Origin: Azolla caroliniana
Lineage: Eukaryota; Plantae; Polypodiophyta
Assembly (NCBI GenBank): GCA_043228905.1
Contig: JBHGNT010000005.1
Span: forward strand, 18,848,001-18,912,000
Reading direction: 5' to 3'
DNA: 64,000 nucleotides
The position numbers and the translations under genes were made by a program. How positions within the stretch are numbered: the first letter of the stretch is position 1; the number at the start of each line of letters is the position of its first letter. Under the pieces are notes generated by a model, which saw nothing but the letters and a program-made list of their open reading frames with translations, ran no database searches and was not told the DNA's origin. Below are positions 23,495 through 37,118 of the stretch, piece after piece.

Positions 23495-26400
23495 GATGTA
23501 AAGTACACATAAAATTGTCAAACACACATGAAGAAGCTTAAGGTAAAGGCGGTGTGCCAATTCTAGTCCACTTCGATTCAATACCAAGGAGAAAATGAGC
23601 TAGAATTCGTGGCAAGATTCATGGCTTATGAGTTGAGGATATGTCATTAGACAAAGGAAAAATAGATGGAGAAGCTAAACATAATGATTGATGTTGGATA
23701 TAATTCTTATGTAAATATAAAACGTCAATATTATTTTGAATGTGACTGACTTTTGTAATATGTTGAGTCAAATTCTTAATTATGCAATGTAAGAAGGTTG
23801 GAAAATCAACAAATGATGGTGGGTTTCAATCGGTGGTGAACAAAGCCACCCATTTGAACATGGGACATGATGGCCAACAAAGAATTTGCTAGGCAATATC
23901 GTAATGTTTTGAAAACTTGCATGTTGAAGACCGCATCCAACTTACATTGTTGATTGGAAATAAGTTCTAGTTTTCATGTCGAAGAATTGATCTCGTGGTT
24001 TTTGTGGCTAAGTCTAATTTGAGGGCGATGTGCCAAGTGAGGGAAAATGACATCCACATGGACCATGACTATTTCACCATGTGGATGGAGTTCACGTGGC
24101 CCAAAGAGGTGTCTGAAAGGTTCCACATCGTCGATTCACTTTGGATTTAGCTTTAGAATCAAATTTCTAAGGTGGAAGACATCCTTGACCAAGTGCTAGA
24201 GCGCGACTATGTCTTCATACCCACGTTGCACACAAGTCATTAGGTGCTTTGAACGAAGATGCAACATAGTTAAATTAGTGTATTTGTTACGAAGGTGACC
24301 AACCATCTAGTCATTTGTGATCCACTTTATAATGGGTGATTGGTGCCTTGCAGAATCTAACATATATGGCGATATTGTGTCGTGATGTTTTCAAAACAAT
24401 GTGTGAAGCCACCCTTAATATGAAATAAAATAGTAGGTCAAATAAATTAATATTGTTAAGTAAACATTATTAGTAACAAAAATACATTTACATTTGTTAA
24501 AGAGCATGTTTTATGAATGAAAGGTCATAATTTTAAATCTTGTAATAAATGGTAAATATAAAGTTGGAGATGGTTTTCAAAAGTAGATAAAAAAACTTAG
24601 AAAAAAGTGGGATAAAAAAAGTAAAGTGTGGATATAAAGAGTTAGGTAAAGAAAAAAGCTCATAATTTCTTCATCCGATATCCAAGTTCAAAAAGAAAAG
24701 ATTCATAAGAAAGCTAACAAGAAGAGCTTCCCAAAAATATCTCTCTTCGCCCCCCCTTCTTTGATAAACTATCATATTATAAAATAAATCGTAATTTGAT
24801 TCATATGTTATAAAAGCTCTTAATTTGTAAACAAGTAATGTTTCCTTTCACCTATGTGTCTTTTGTGTAAACCTTCCCCTTGTATGATTATATGTCTTGT
24901 GATTGGGGACCGTTTCAAGCGTGCTCATGTACCCCTCCTTTCACAAAGGCATTTTAACTTTTGTGTCTCGTGTGTAAACCTTTCTTTTGTGTTATCGTGT
25001 GTCTTGTGACCGGGAAGGTTTTAGGAAACCATGCACCTCTCCTTATCATAAAGGCGTTTGGACATTCGTTTGCGTGTTCTTGTCTTTTGTTTGTGTGTTC
25101 ATGTGTCTTGTGACGGGGAAGGTTTTGGAAAACAATGCACCTCACTTTCTCATAAAGGCGTTCGGTCATTTGTGTGCATGTTCTTGTTTTTTGCTTGTGT
25201 GTTTGTGTCTTTTGACAAGGAAGGTTTTGGTAAACCTTGCACTTCTCCTCCTTATAAAGGCGTTTAGGCATTGGTGTGCTTGTTCTTGTCTTTTCTTTAT
25301 GCGTTCCGTTGTCTTGTGATGAGGAAGGTTTTGAGAAACCATGTACCTCTCCTTTTGACAAAGGCATTAAGATTTGTGTCTTGTGTGTGTAAGCCTTTTT
25401 CTCATACATTTGTTTGTCTTGTGACTAGGGGTTTGGGAATAAAGGCACAAGAGTGCCCAAACGCCTTTATGAGAAGTGTGCATTGTTTCTTAAAACCTTC
25501 TTCGTTACAAGACGAACAAACACACAAGGAAGAGACACGAGCACGCATATAAATACTGAAACGCCTTTATCAGGAGGTGCATGGTTTCTCGAAACCTTCC
25601 CCATCACAAGACGCATGAACACACAAGCAAGAGACAAGAACACACACACACGAATACTTGAACGATTTTATGAGGAGGTGAGGTGCATGGTTTCCCGAAA
25701 CCTTCCCTGTCACAAGATGCAGAACACACAAGGAAGAGACAAGAACATACACATGAAAGTTCGAACACCTTTATGAGGAGTTGAGGTGTATGGTTTCCCG
25801 AAACCTCCCCGTCACAAGATGCACGGACACACACAAGCAAGGGACAAGAATACATACATAAATGTTCGAACGCCTTATGAGGAGGTGAGGTGCATGGTTT
25901 CTCGAAACCTTCCGCATCTCAAGTCACATAAACACACAAAAGCGAAAGAGAAGAACAAGGACACGAATTTCGGAAAGCCTTTATAATGAGAAGTCCATGG
26001 TTTCTCAAAACCTTCCTTGTCATAAGACACACGAGACACAAAAGTTTGAATGTCTTTGTAAAAGGAAAGATACATGGGACACTCTAAACTCTCACCAATC
26101 ACAAGACATATGAACACATAAGAGGAAGGTTTATACATAAGACACGTAGGTCAAAGGAAAAATGACTTATTTACAAATTAAGAGCCTCTTTTATAAAATA
26201 AGAATAAAATTCAACAGGTTCTCGCATAAGAAAATAGTTTATCAAGGGGGGCGAAGAGAGATGGAGAAAAGAAATTAGTGGAGCATAAAAGAGAGAAATC
26301 CTTGATTGTTAATGAGGTCCCCCAATTTGACAGCTTCGTTGTCTCCTCTTGATGTTGAAGCTTCACGCTCTTCTTAGTTAAGATCCCTCTTCTTTTGCAT

Positions 26401-27000
26401 TTTGATTCCATAGAGTTTACGCGTCTTCTTCTTTTCTCTTATTCCATAGATGTTTTTTATTTTTATCACTATTTTTTTTTTTGTAATCTTAAATTTAATA
26501 TGCTAGATATTTTTGGAAAGCTCTTCTTGTTAACTTTCTTATGAATATTTTCTTTTTGAATTTGGATATCAAATGAAGAAATTATGAGCTTTTTTCTCTA
26601 CCTAGCTCTTTATATCCATGCCTTGCTTTTTTTCCTCACTTTTTTCTTTGTTTTTTTATGTACTTTTAAAAACCACCTCCAACTTTATATCCTTCGCCAT
26701 TTATTACAAGATTAAATCCTATGACCTTTCATTTATAAGGCACACTCTTTGACAAATGTAAAAGTATTTTTGTTACTAACAAAGTTGACTTCACAACATA
26801 TTAGTTTATTTGACCTATTATTTTATTTCCTATCCGGGTTGGTTTCACACATTATTTTGAAAACATCACAATGGATGGTATATAGCGTGCCGGCCAACCA
26901 TTGCATTACAATAGAGGGTTCACATCACACCTTGTACGTCCCAATGCAACTAATGGTAGGATTTGTGGCTATTACGTGGAGTTCATTGAACTGCTAGAAG
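23495..27000 (+). pseudogene. Ulp1-like peptidase remnant, copy C, split by a 2.5-kb palindrome
   Basis: Inverted homologue of 16960-18135. The His motif (DYVFIPTLHTSH) lies before 24377, and the VPMQ..G..CGYY-like Cys region resumes after ~26872. Confidence 0.65.
24378..26872. mobile_element. 2.5-kb foldback element with internal ~100-bp tandem repeats
   Basis: GTGATGTTTTCAAAACAATGTGTGAA pairs with TTCACACATTATTTTGAAAACATCAC; inner repeat arrays switch strand near 25435. Confidence 0.85.
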
Positions 27001-29002
27001 GGATTGTTAATGGAGTCCCTCATCTAAATCTGATGTAATCTTTTCACATTGGATCGGATCCATCTCTTTCTATTAGACTTGGATTTTGGACCTTCTCGGT
27101 CTGATTGGTTTGATACAAATAGTTTCAAGATCTCGCTTACCAAAAACAGTTATCGATGAATTTTTCGTTGTTGATCAAACCATTACTCATATTAGTGATT
27201 GCATTTTTGGGATAAATATGTACTTGTCTTGTTGTGCGCGATGACAAGGATATATGAAAAAATAGAATAGGCTAGAAAATGAGAAAATGTTTTAGCAATC
27301 AATTATGTAAAATGAATCTATCTGAATCAATTCATCAAGTTATTTTGCTATTAGTAGAATTAGGTATTCTATTGGGGAGTGTGGGAATAATATTACGTCA
27401 AACGTTTCAAACTCTTTGGATTTAGTAGCCAAGTTTGTTAAACATGGAGTTATATTCATAAATCATGCAAGTTTGATAAATGTCACATAGAAGTTTCCAA
27501 AAATCATCCAATGCATTTTAGCAAACAAAACCCATATTCAAAAATCATCCATTTTAGCAAACAAAATTCTAAAACACATGTTCTACAATCATCCAACGCA
27601 TTTTAGCAAACAAAATCGTTTTCGAAAAGCAAAATCATGTTTAAGAAATCATGCAAGTTTGATAAATGCCCCGTGCAAGTTTTCAAAAATCATGGAATGC
27701 ATTTTAGCAAACAAAACCATTGTAAGTAAACAAAACCATTTACAACAAACAAAAGTAGGAATTTGGTAGCAAACCAATAAAATATATATTTTTTCGATCG
27801 ATAGATGGCACGAACATCAAGACCTTATTCAACCCCCCCCAATCTCTGATCCTGCATCCAATGTTGAGCAAAATTATGCTTGAACTCTAAGAAGGCATGT
27901 GTGGCGCCTCCGTTCCTTATAAAATGTTGAAATTAGGTGCTAAGAGCTTATTTCGGGTCAACCACTTTGTGGTTGGGCCATACAATCAGGGTTTCTTCTT
28001 TTTATTCTTTAGATTTAGGGTTCTTTGTCTTCGTCTTTTCTCAACATACTTGAGATTTTAGGGTTTTCTTCTTCGTGAGTATTTAGGGCTCTTCTTGTGT
28101 TCTCAAATGTACCTTGAGATCGATTCTCTAGCGGGAGCCATTATTCTATGATGGATTCAAAGAAGTGGTTCGACAAACTCGCATGTTGGTTGTCGAAGGG
28201 GAGGATGAATGGCCCGAGAACACCACTTCAATTTTAGGCATCATAGCCATCAAGGTAGTTGTGATCTCGATGGCCCACTTGACTCGCACCTTCATAGGAA
28301 ACTTAACTAACTCCCCAACTTTCATTTTTATTTAAATTTAATTGTTGCCGTTTAACCATTCATTGTATCACTTCTCGTTACCAATATTGTATCTATTCAC
28401 TATGTACAATTTTGTAAACCTTATGTTATAAAGGGATTTGCTTTCTTTATAAAGTAGCCCATTTTTCTTAATATTGTGCAATCCTCTCGTAATCTTGTGT
28501 TTCTAGCACTTATCACATATTTTGATCCTAACCTGCTGTAGTAATTGTTGTTTGGCTCGTTGATCCCTTCAAGTCTAAAGTCCATTTGACTACATAGAGC
28601 TTTCAAGTCTTCAAACATCTACACCCTCCTAGTCTTTGCGTCCTCCCTAGTCCAAGACCCTCATGGTCACGCTCTGAATGTGTTTTGTGTCTTCTAATTT
28701 CAATTTTGTGTATGGTTAGTTTTGAGTACACTAATCTTTGAATGTGTGTTCTTATAAATCTTATTTGAGAGGGGTTTGAGCACTGGTATGGTCATGATGT
28801 CATGGCTCTCCTACGCCTTACTATCACAAAGTGGACACACCGTGTTTTGGGCCTTTTAATATTGTAACTTCATTATGTTATTTTGCCATCCCATATTGGG
28901 CTTGTAAGTTTTGTTACTTTGCCACGTGGTATTGTAAAATCTATTATTTTGCCTACATCATATTGGGCATGTAAATTCTCATTGGTATTGCAAATTTTCG
29001 GC

Positions 29003-29257
29003 TCATAATAGCCATTTTTCCATAATCAAGAAGTCAATTTTGCAATATTGATGTTGATACTCTAATATGATGTTGTCTTTGGTTTCAGCTCGTAATAGCC
29101 ATTTTGCCATAATCAAGAAGTCAATTTTGCAATATTGATGTTGATACTCTAATATGATGTTGTCTTTGGTTTCAGCTCGTAATAGCCATTTTGCCATAAT
29201 CAAGAAGTCAATTTTGCAATATTGATGTTGATACTCTAATATGATGTTGTCTTTGGT
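29003..29257. repeat. 87-bp tandem repeat, ~3 copies
   Basis: Near-identical units starting near 29003, 29090 and 29177. Confidence 0.9.
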
Positions 29258-30616
29258 ATGTTGTATATTGTATATTGTCAAATGTATATGATGTTGCCAT
29301 AACATTGGTATGTAATGTTTGTGGTATATGATGTTGCCATAATTTTGTCAATTTTAAGTATATGATGTTGTATAAGATCATGCAATCATGTGTATGAAGA
29401 CGGAGTGTTAGATTAGATAGTTGGGATCTTATCTATCTGATAGAGATGCAAATGTTTGTCTTGTGTGTGACTTCACTGTAACCTGGGGCCTATATACTAA
29501 CCCGGACCTTGTTTAATGTAAAATTTTAAACAACCCGAGGAAGTAATTTATGTCTGCAATCCAAGAATAATTATGTTTATCACCAACTACTTGCAATGAT
29601 ATTGTTTCGACAATAAGAAAACCACCACCTCCATCAACAAATTTTTTGCAGATTTTGAAGTGATTTACACAAGCAAAGCTATCAAAATCACATGAATTTG
29701 AGCAACCACATCTACCATTCCTGGATTGCTCTCTCATCCACAACACTCGCTGTCATATTGCTCGACATTTTCATATTTCTTTAAGTACTATCATATTGCT
29801 CTCATTTACACATTGTAACACCTTTAGATTCATGTGGGTTAGCCCTAAACCAGATGATTGATGCATATCATGTGGAAGAATTAGATTTTTTATTTGAGTC
29901 AGAATTCGAATTAGAGGAAACTGTCTGATGTAGGAACTTCAATTGAATGAAATGATGCCCAAGGGTCTGAGGTTGTTGAGACCAAGGATGACATGGATCC
30001 CTTCATGTAATGTCCCCCAAGGTATTTTGAGTTGTTGTGAAGTTATATGCATGCGTGTGAAAGCCTAGCAAATCCATTGAGGATTCGAACTATGGAGAAT
30101 AGAGTGGCAAACCTTTGTGGATACGATGCTCCAGTTGGCCAAAGTGCACTTGCTTGTTTGGATGTGTGCAAGGTTTAAGTCCAAGTTTGCTCGAAGTTTT
30201 ACATATATACTTGTGAGTATGTCAAGTTTAGCGTAATTCAATAATTGTTAACTAGTAATTTAGTTATTTATTACTTATTATTCATTTATCTTATTATTTG
30301 ATGATTTACTTGCTTAATTATTTACTTATTTAATCATTTGAATAATACTATTGTTTATTTATTTATTTATTTCAATTTCAATTGCTAAAATAATTTATTT
30401 ATTTACTTAACTAATATCATAACTCTTATTATCAAATTATTAATAAGATTATATCATTTACATATTTATTTTTTCTATTTATTTAATTATGTACCTAACT
30501 TTAGTATTAACATTAATGTCTCCATATTTTTTATTTTATTCTATTTACCTATTTATTAATCAATATAATTTATACTAAATTGTAAAATTATTGTTATTAA
30601 CTATTTTATGTTAATA

Positions 30617-30652
<36 letters not shown>

Positions 30653-30914
30653 AAATTAACATTAACTAACACATTAATTTTTTATTTATTGTAATATTAT
30701 TGCTATTATTTATCTTATTTTATTTACTATTAATATTTTATAAACAAGGTGTCAGATGGTCATCAAATAGCAATCAACATCAATGTCAATAAAGGACGGT
30801 GTCGTAATGTTCTTTTCAACATGTAGTGTGAAACCACCCTAAAAAGGGAATAAAATAGTAATTCAAATAAACCAATATTGTGAAGTCAATTTAAATTTGT
30901 TCACGAGAAAATAC

Positions 30915-31310
30915 ATTGAATGCAAAGATGTTTGAGAATAAAGCGCGATATAGAAGGTTCAAAGAAGGTAGGAACTCATCAACGGTCGGACTCTGACCCA
31001 TGCATGTACATCCGACAATTGACCGATGAGTCCCAGATCTACTTGATCTTGTATGTTGACGATATGTTGATTGTTGGGAGCAATCAACTAGAAATCGGAA
31101 GACTAAAGCAGAATCTTCACGAAGAAGGAACTCAGACAAGTCTGACATATCTCGGGCATGGGGATTAAGTGAAATCGGATGATAAAGACTCTCCGACTCT
31201 CCCAATCCCATTATATCCGAAAGGTGCTTAGAAGGTTTAACATGGAGAACGCTAAGTCGTCATCCACTTTGCTCTCCACGTCGACACGACTAACGGAAGG
31301 GACCTCCATC
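30915..31310 (+). pseudogene. Copia reverse transcriptase fragment (Tork/Tnt1-like)
   Basis: DSDPCMY..LILYVDDMLIVG; LSQSHYIRKVLRRFNM. Confidence 0.85.
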
Positions 31311-31344
31311 AACCGACAAGGAGAAAGAGGTCAATGGAAACATA

Positions 31345-31612
31345 TGTTAGGAACAGGTCCCTCCAGATGGGAAGCAAGCATGAACCGAATTGGAGTCCGG
31401 AGAAGAAACCAGAGCCATAGTCGGATCAACTGAAAGGCATTCGGTAGAATACGGTGAGGTCTAGAAGTGAACATATTTGTAAATATGTGTTGGCACGCCT
31501 AAGACCGGTTATATTTGTAAATAGCCCATAAAGTGTATGACATAGTGAGAGAGAAAGAGTGAGTGAGAATGAGTGTGTCACCTTTGCAACCTTTGATCTG
31601 ACGAGGAAGAAC
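31345..31612 (+). mobile_element. Partial LTR of the TGTTAGGAA family
   Basis: 5' end matches the LTRs at 32447 and 42706. Confidence 0.65.
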
Positions 31613-32180
31613 TCAAGGGATGTAAAAGTGTTGTGGCTTTAAGTTGCTCGGCTTTGTTAACCTGACATTGGTGACATTTAGTCACATAGCTATGTATGTC
31701 AGGGCACATCTTAGGCCAATAGAATTGGGTGAATATTAGAATGAGTGTACAATGTATTCCAGGGTGCCCTACTGAGGGTGCATCATGGCATTCAAAAAGA
31801 ATTCTCTTTTTGACCTCAGGCAAATTTGGAACACAGATGCCATTACGGTAGAGCAAACCGTTAGCAATGTGGAAGTATTCCTTCGAGGATGTGGTGGTGT
31901 CTGTTCCAGACTCAACTCTTGCCCAGTAATTCGCAAAATAACTATCATCAGGATACTTTCCTCGAAGGTGATCATAAAGATCTGATGTTATTTTAGTGAA
32001 GCTAAGCATGTTAACTTCACGAATGCGACTTAGTGCATCAACGAAAGTGTTCATGGAAGCTTTACGATATTGTATGGCAAAATCAAAGTCCTGGATGAGA
32101 TCAGTCCATCGTGCCTTACGACCTTTCAGGTCTTGTTGGTCACAAAAATATTTCAAGGACTCGTGCTCTGTAGTTACCCA
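31613..32180 (-). pseudogene. Gypsy RNase H end and integrase HHCC fragment
   Basis: ARWTDLIQDFDF..DALSR..ECHDAPSVGHPG..FYWP..CHQCQ. Confidence 0.85.
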
Positions 32181-32446
32181 ATATTACATCAGTGGTACAA
32201 AGATTCATTACATGGAAGTCTACTTCCTCTATATAAGTATCAATATAAATTCGTAATGAATGAATCACCCCGTTGATTTATTGTACTCTTCCATCAGCCA
32301 AGTACATTGTATAGTTGTGATCACTTACGATGGGTTGGATTCCCCATATCTGAACCAAACGATCATTCACAAAGTTGTGTGAGGTTCCCGAATCAAACAA
32401 AAATTGTACGGGAGATCCATTGACATACCCGTTTGCACGTAGTAAA

Positions 32447-33114
32447 TGTTAGGAAATAGGTACCTCCGGATGGGAAGTGAGAAGAACAATGTTGAGAAGA
32501 AACCGGATGACGAGTATCCGACAACGGAAGACCTGGTGAGAACCAAATGTGGAGTACCCGGCTACGGAAGACCTGGTGAGAACCGGATGACGAGTACCCG
32601 GTAAGAGCTGGATGGTGAAGGCCCGGTGAGAAGTACTCACCGGATGAAGGGACATATTCGTAAATATGTTTCTCTGAGAGTCCATCGGGGCTATATTTGT
32701 AAATAGCGGAAAAGTCATATTAGTATAAATATGACTTAGGGCAAACTTAGTGTTGTTGTTGTCATTCTTGTTGGTACAAGATTAGAGCGCGTAACTGTGT
32801 ACAGAGAGAGTGAGAGAGAGGAAGAGGTCGTTGCCTCTGTTGTAACCGCCGCCTGTGGCGAAGATAGCAAGCTCGAGGTCGTTGCCTCGGTGCTTTACTA
32901 TTGTACATTCTGATATAGTGATAGTTTGCAGTCTGTGGGTTGTGGTGGTTTTTTCCCTAGTTTGGGTTTTCCCTGTTAACACCCTGTGTACTCTTCTCTT
33001 CACTGTGTCGTGCGTTCATTACCTGATTTCTGTGTTTGATTCTAGGCTCGGTTGTGGCCGAGCGTTGTTCATTGGGAGCGTGTATCCCTGTCAGTAAATC
33101 ATTGGGTCCCAATA
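32447..33114 (+). mobile_element. LTR of the TGTTAGGAA family, no TSD recognised
   Basis: Highly similar to solo LTR 42706-43422; internal GAAGACC.GGTGAGAACC repeats. Confidence 0.8.
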
Positions 33115-33366
33115 CAGAGTGAGGGAAAGAACATTGACAATTACTTAAATGATTTGTATAGACCTCGACGACATTAGGAATCTGACCTTTATGGTCTGCA
33201 ACTTTTGCTTTGTTGTCGTGCTCTTTCCGTTGGAGCTTTCAACATTTTTCTTTTGTATGACCCTTCTTTTTGTAGAATACGCAAAAAGGATGTTGTCAGT
33301 TACAATTGTGATCCATGAATTCATTGGGTGTCTTGGTTTCCTAGCGAATTGCGACTATATAGAATA

Positions 33367-34607
33367 CTACGGTAAATTCTGACCACAGGATATTATATGG
33401 TCATGCCCGTAACACACTCCCCTCTTTAAAACATTGCACTCTTGCGATGGAAAGTTAGGGAAGTTAGTTCTGAGAGTATTTTCGCGTTCCCATGTGGCAT
33501 CTTTGATTGATTTATCCATCCATTTTATTTTAAATTCTCGGATTTCTTTAGTACGTAATTTTTTTGTTTTAACATCGAGAATTCTTTCTGGTAAATGTGG
33601 TTTAGAAGATAATTCTTCAGAAGTAACCAGAGTTTCAGTTGTAACTGTATTGTCGCCAGAACCTAGAAGTTCTTTTAGACGACTCACATGAAAAACTGGA
33701 TGAATTTTAACACCATCGGGAAGAGTGAGACGATAGGCTGATGACCCAATGCGTTTGAGGATTGTAAATGGTCCACAAAACCATGGGGCTAACTTAGCGC
33801 ACTTACCCGTAGACAATGTCTTAGAATTGTGAGATACACATAAAAATACCTTCTGTCCTGGGTTGAATACACGAGGTTACCTATGATGATCGGCATAAAA
33901 ACGTGCTCTATCTTGAGCTGTTTTTATATTATCTCGTGCAATATGCAACATATCTTGCATATCCCGAAGAAATTTTTGCATACTTCGCAACTCATCATGA
34001 TGTATATTAACATCAATCGGGGCTCGTGGCTAAAAACCATACATCAACATAAAAGGACTATATCCCGTCGATGTATGCTTGGAGCTTCGTTGGGTTTGTT
34101 GTGGTCCTTCTTTGAAGTGCGTTGATAGAGAAGAACTATTTCAACGGCCTCTTTGAAGGATTTTGGATCCTTATCGTGCACTATCCAGTGATAGTCCAAA
34201 TTGGGGATCCCATTGACAAAACAAGCTATTAACCAATTGTCCCCTTCTAGACCCGATTTTTGGATTTGGGTTCTAGCATGGTGGACATAGTCTTCTAGCG
34301 AAGAAAATTTCCTCCTAGAGAGGTTCATTAAAGCTTGAGTTGCCTCGATTTGAGAGGGAGGTTGCAAAAATTGGCCCTTAAAAACTGTGACAAAATTTGT
34401 CCAGGTATCGGGCAATTTCCCCAAAGTTCGGAGCCCATGCCACCAAGTGGCGGCCTTACCCCATAGTTCTCGACCGACATATGCAATCTTCGTACTAAGG
34501 TATTGGCTTATTTGTGAAAAATACATCTCAATGGACATTTGTCCAGGAGGATTTCCTTGAGTTCCTTCCGCTTGAGCGGATGCCATCGGGTCGTTATTTT
34601 GAGCCAT
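33367..34607 (-). mobile_element. Deleted chromovirus: gag fragment joined to integrase C-terminus with chromodomain, PPT and LTR start
   Basis: KLAPWFCGPF..HPVFHVS..PERILD..KIKW..DATWE; PPT AAAGAGGGGAGTG followed by TGTTACGG; gag AATWW motif in 34044..34607. Confidence 0.8.
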
Positions 34608-34609
34608 TC

Positions 34610-37118
34610 CGAAGACATCATGTTAATTTTTATTCCATGATCTATCAAAGAAATATAAGGAATTTGTTGCTCCGCAATTTTTGTAGGCGCCTCTATTGTT
34701 GCTTGAGCCCAATGGTTCTTTGTATAATGACTCCTATCCCCTTCATGAATTGCAATATTATTTATCTTCTTTACACTTGCATCATTGATGGTGTCACGAT
34801 CTAGATCTTGGAGTGATGCTGAACACACTCTTGTAACTTCTTCCGTGACGTGTTTTAAATCTGTCATGTCTTCTGTGTCCGAAGCAAGCTAGAAAGCTGG
34901 GTTTGTCTTCCCTTTTACTTTATCAAGGAGCATCCTTTTCCATCTCTCTTCTCTCTTGTTCTTGTGTCTCATGCCTTTTTGCCAGACTAACCTACTCAGC
35001 TCTTTTTCGCTTCTCTTCCACCATCTTGTGCATTCACTTGGGCGAATGCTAATAGTGCGTCTACTAGATCATTCCATCCAGTGAAGTGTCGTATTTCATC
35101 TCCTGCCCTTTTTAATTCATCCACTCGAACCTTTCCTTTTCTTGCATACTCCATCACATCCTACCAAAAGTCAGATCCACCATATGAGTCTTCTACACGC
35201 AACCCTAAGGTTGTCACGGATTGTATCACTTGAGTCGTTTCTCTCTCGACATCTTCCATTAGCTTTTTCATTCCACCTTTCCCGAAGTTGAGCTGGATTG
35301 GTTGTTGAGTCTTTGTCGAGTGAATCTTTCCATCTTGATAGTAGATTTTATCATGATTAAGAGAATCCCTATGTTCTTGACAGTCTTTCTTTTGGTGGTC
35401 GACACTATCAGACCACATACACCTTCGGACCATTCCACCTCCTTGCCTTGATGAAGTCGAGATTTGTCCCGATTCTAGCTTCGTCACTTTGATCGACAAG
35501 TCTTTCATGCCTTTCACCAATTCATGCAAGAGTGAATCTTCTATTTTCTTCTCTCCCGAGTCGTTCCCCGTTTCGTCTCCCTTCTTCTCCGGCAGCTCCA
35601 TAAACCATAACTTTCTTTTACAAAAATGGGTGCAAGCCCTTTTCACCTCCTCCCAATCTTCGGTAAGTCCACTAGGACTATTCTGATCTTCCAGAAGCAT
35701 TCCCATGTCTTTCCTGTCTTTAATATTAGTAGCTTGTAGAAACAATATTACTTTATCTAGCATTATTATATTTCTATCCCTAACATTTAATTGCTCAAAT
35801 CTTTCTAAAAACTCTTTTAACACTTCCAAAACACTTAAATGTTTATTAGACTCTACCCAATCCATGAAAGCTCGCCTTGTCATCCTTGACATATCGTTGA
35901 GGTTGTATTCATTCAGTAATGCTCTTTCGAAAGTTGCCCATGTCTGATGCTCCCTCTGTAGCTCCTGGATCCTTTGTTGTAGCCCAATCGCAGCGACTCG
36001 ACTAAAGCTATTAATTTTGGCAGCTTCGTCAACACTACGTTTAAGCATTTCTTCATTGTAAATCTTCAGATATCTTGTTAAATTTATACCTTCGAAGATT
36101 CCTACTCATGCAAGAATATTGTCGATGGCTTTGTCGATGCTTGCCATCATCCCTTGCTATCGCATCATTTGTTCCATCATCGTACACATAAGCCTCATTT
36201 GCTCCTCCATTTTGCCTTGATGCCGCCTTCACGTCGGGTTCACCAAATGTGTCGGGGTAGTTGTGGTTCGTGCGGCGAAGTCGCAGGGACTAAGGTTAAA
36301 GGGAGTTGACGAAACTTTTATAAGGCTTTGCGCACAAATGTTAGGAAGATTAAGGATAAGAAGAATAAGAGTTTAAAGTAATGTGTGTGAGAGAGATGAG
36401 CATAGATAAAAGATAAAGAGAATGTATGATTTAAGAAGAAAGAGTATAAGATATGAACATGATTTATATTAAGAAAACAAGTTTTTACCAACATTACAAT
36501 GCTTTATAACAAGATGAACCCTTTCTCTACCGACTCTTGATTTGAACCCTTGACTCGAACTTAGAAACACGAGCCTCTTCAGCAACAAGCTAACTTGTTT
36601 ATTTTATTAATTATGTTCTAACTTTCTCTTGATTGCCTTTTTATTTTCCTTTACCCTCTTTTTATAAATATTGCCATGCATATGGTAATGTGTAGGAGCA
36701 TGGCATGCATGTGATGCATGAGTTACATGTGATGCATGATCGTCATTTGGTGCACATGCATTGCATGTGATGCATGATAGCCATCATGCTCATTTGAGCT
36801 CCCATGTATGAAAAATATATGGGATAAGTATAATGATGGATATAATCCTAAAACAAATAGCCTAGCTTAGTGGTGTATGCTTTGTGCTTGATATACAAGG
36901 TTATGGGTTCAAGTCCCTCTATTTTACTTAATACAATATTTAAGTTTATTCTTATATAGTGAAGCATATTCTTGACAACTTTTTTAAAAACAAATAGCCT
37001 ACCCTAGTGGTATATATATTGTGCTTGGTTTATAAGGATGTGGGTTCAAGTGTTTGAAATATTACTAAATTCAATATTTAAATTTATTTTTATATCATGA
37101 AGCAAATCCTTCACGACA
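34610..37118 (-). mobile_element. 5' part of a tRNA-Trp-primed gypsy (LTR 36250-37118, PBS 36228-36245, degraded gag-PR)
   Basis: TGTCGTGAAG LTR start, PBS TGGTGAACCCGACGTGAA, gag ORF 35161..36048 homologous to 47856..49980. Confidence 0.85.
36863..37053 (+). promoter_or_regulatory. Two tandem tRNA-like Pol III A/B-box cassettes inside a gypsy LTR
   Basis: TAGCTTAGTGG followed by GGTTCAAGTCC 43 nt later; a degenerate copy lies 137 bp downstream. Confidence 0.6.

Noticed and set aside
24954-26138. Cluster of repetitive ORFs
   Set aside because: By-products of the ~100-bp satellite in the foldback.
18142-26872. Palindromes as sequencing or amplification chimeras
   Set aside because: Arms are substantially diverged and carry arm-specific insertions and deletions.
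29003-29305. Protein with 29-aa repeats
   Set aside because: Arises from an 87-bp tandem repeat; no other coding evidence.
30240-30745. Extremely AT-rich tract as origin or MAR
   Set aside because: Low complexity only; probably part of a degraded repeat.
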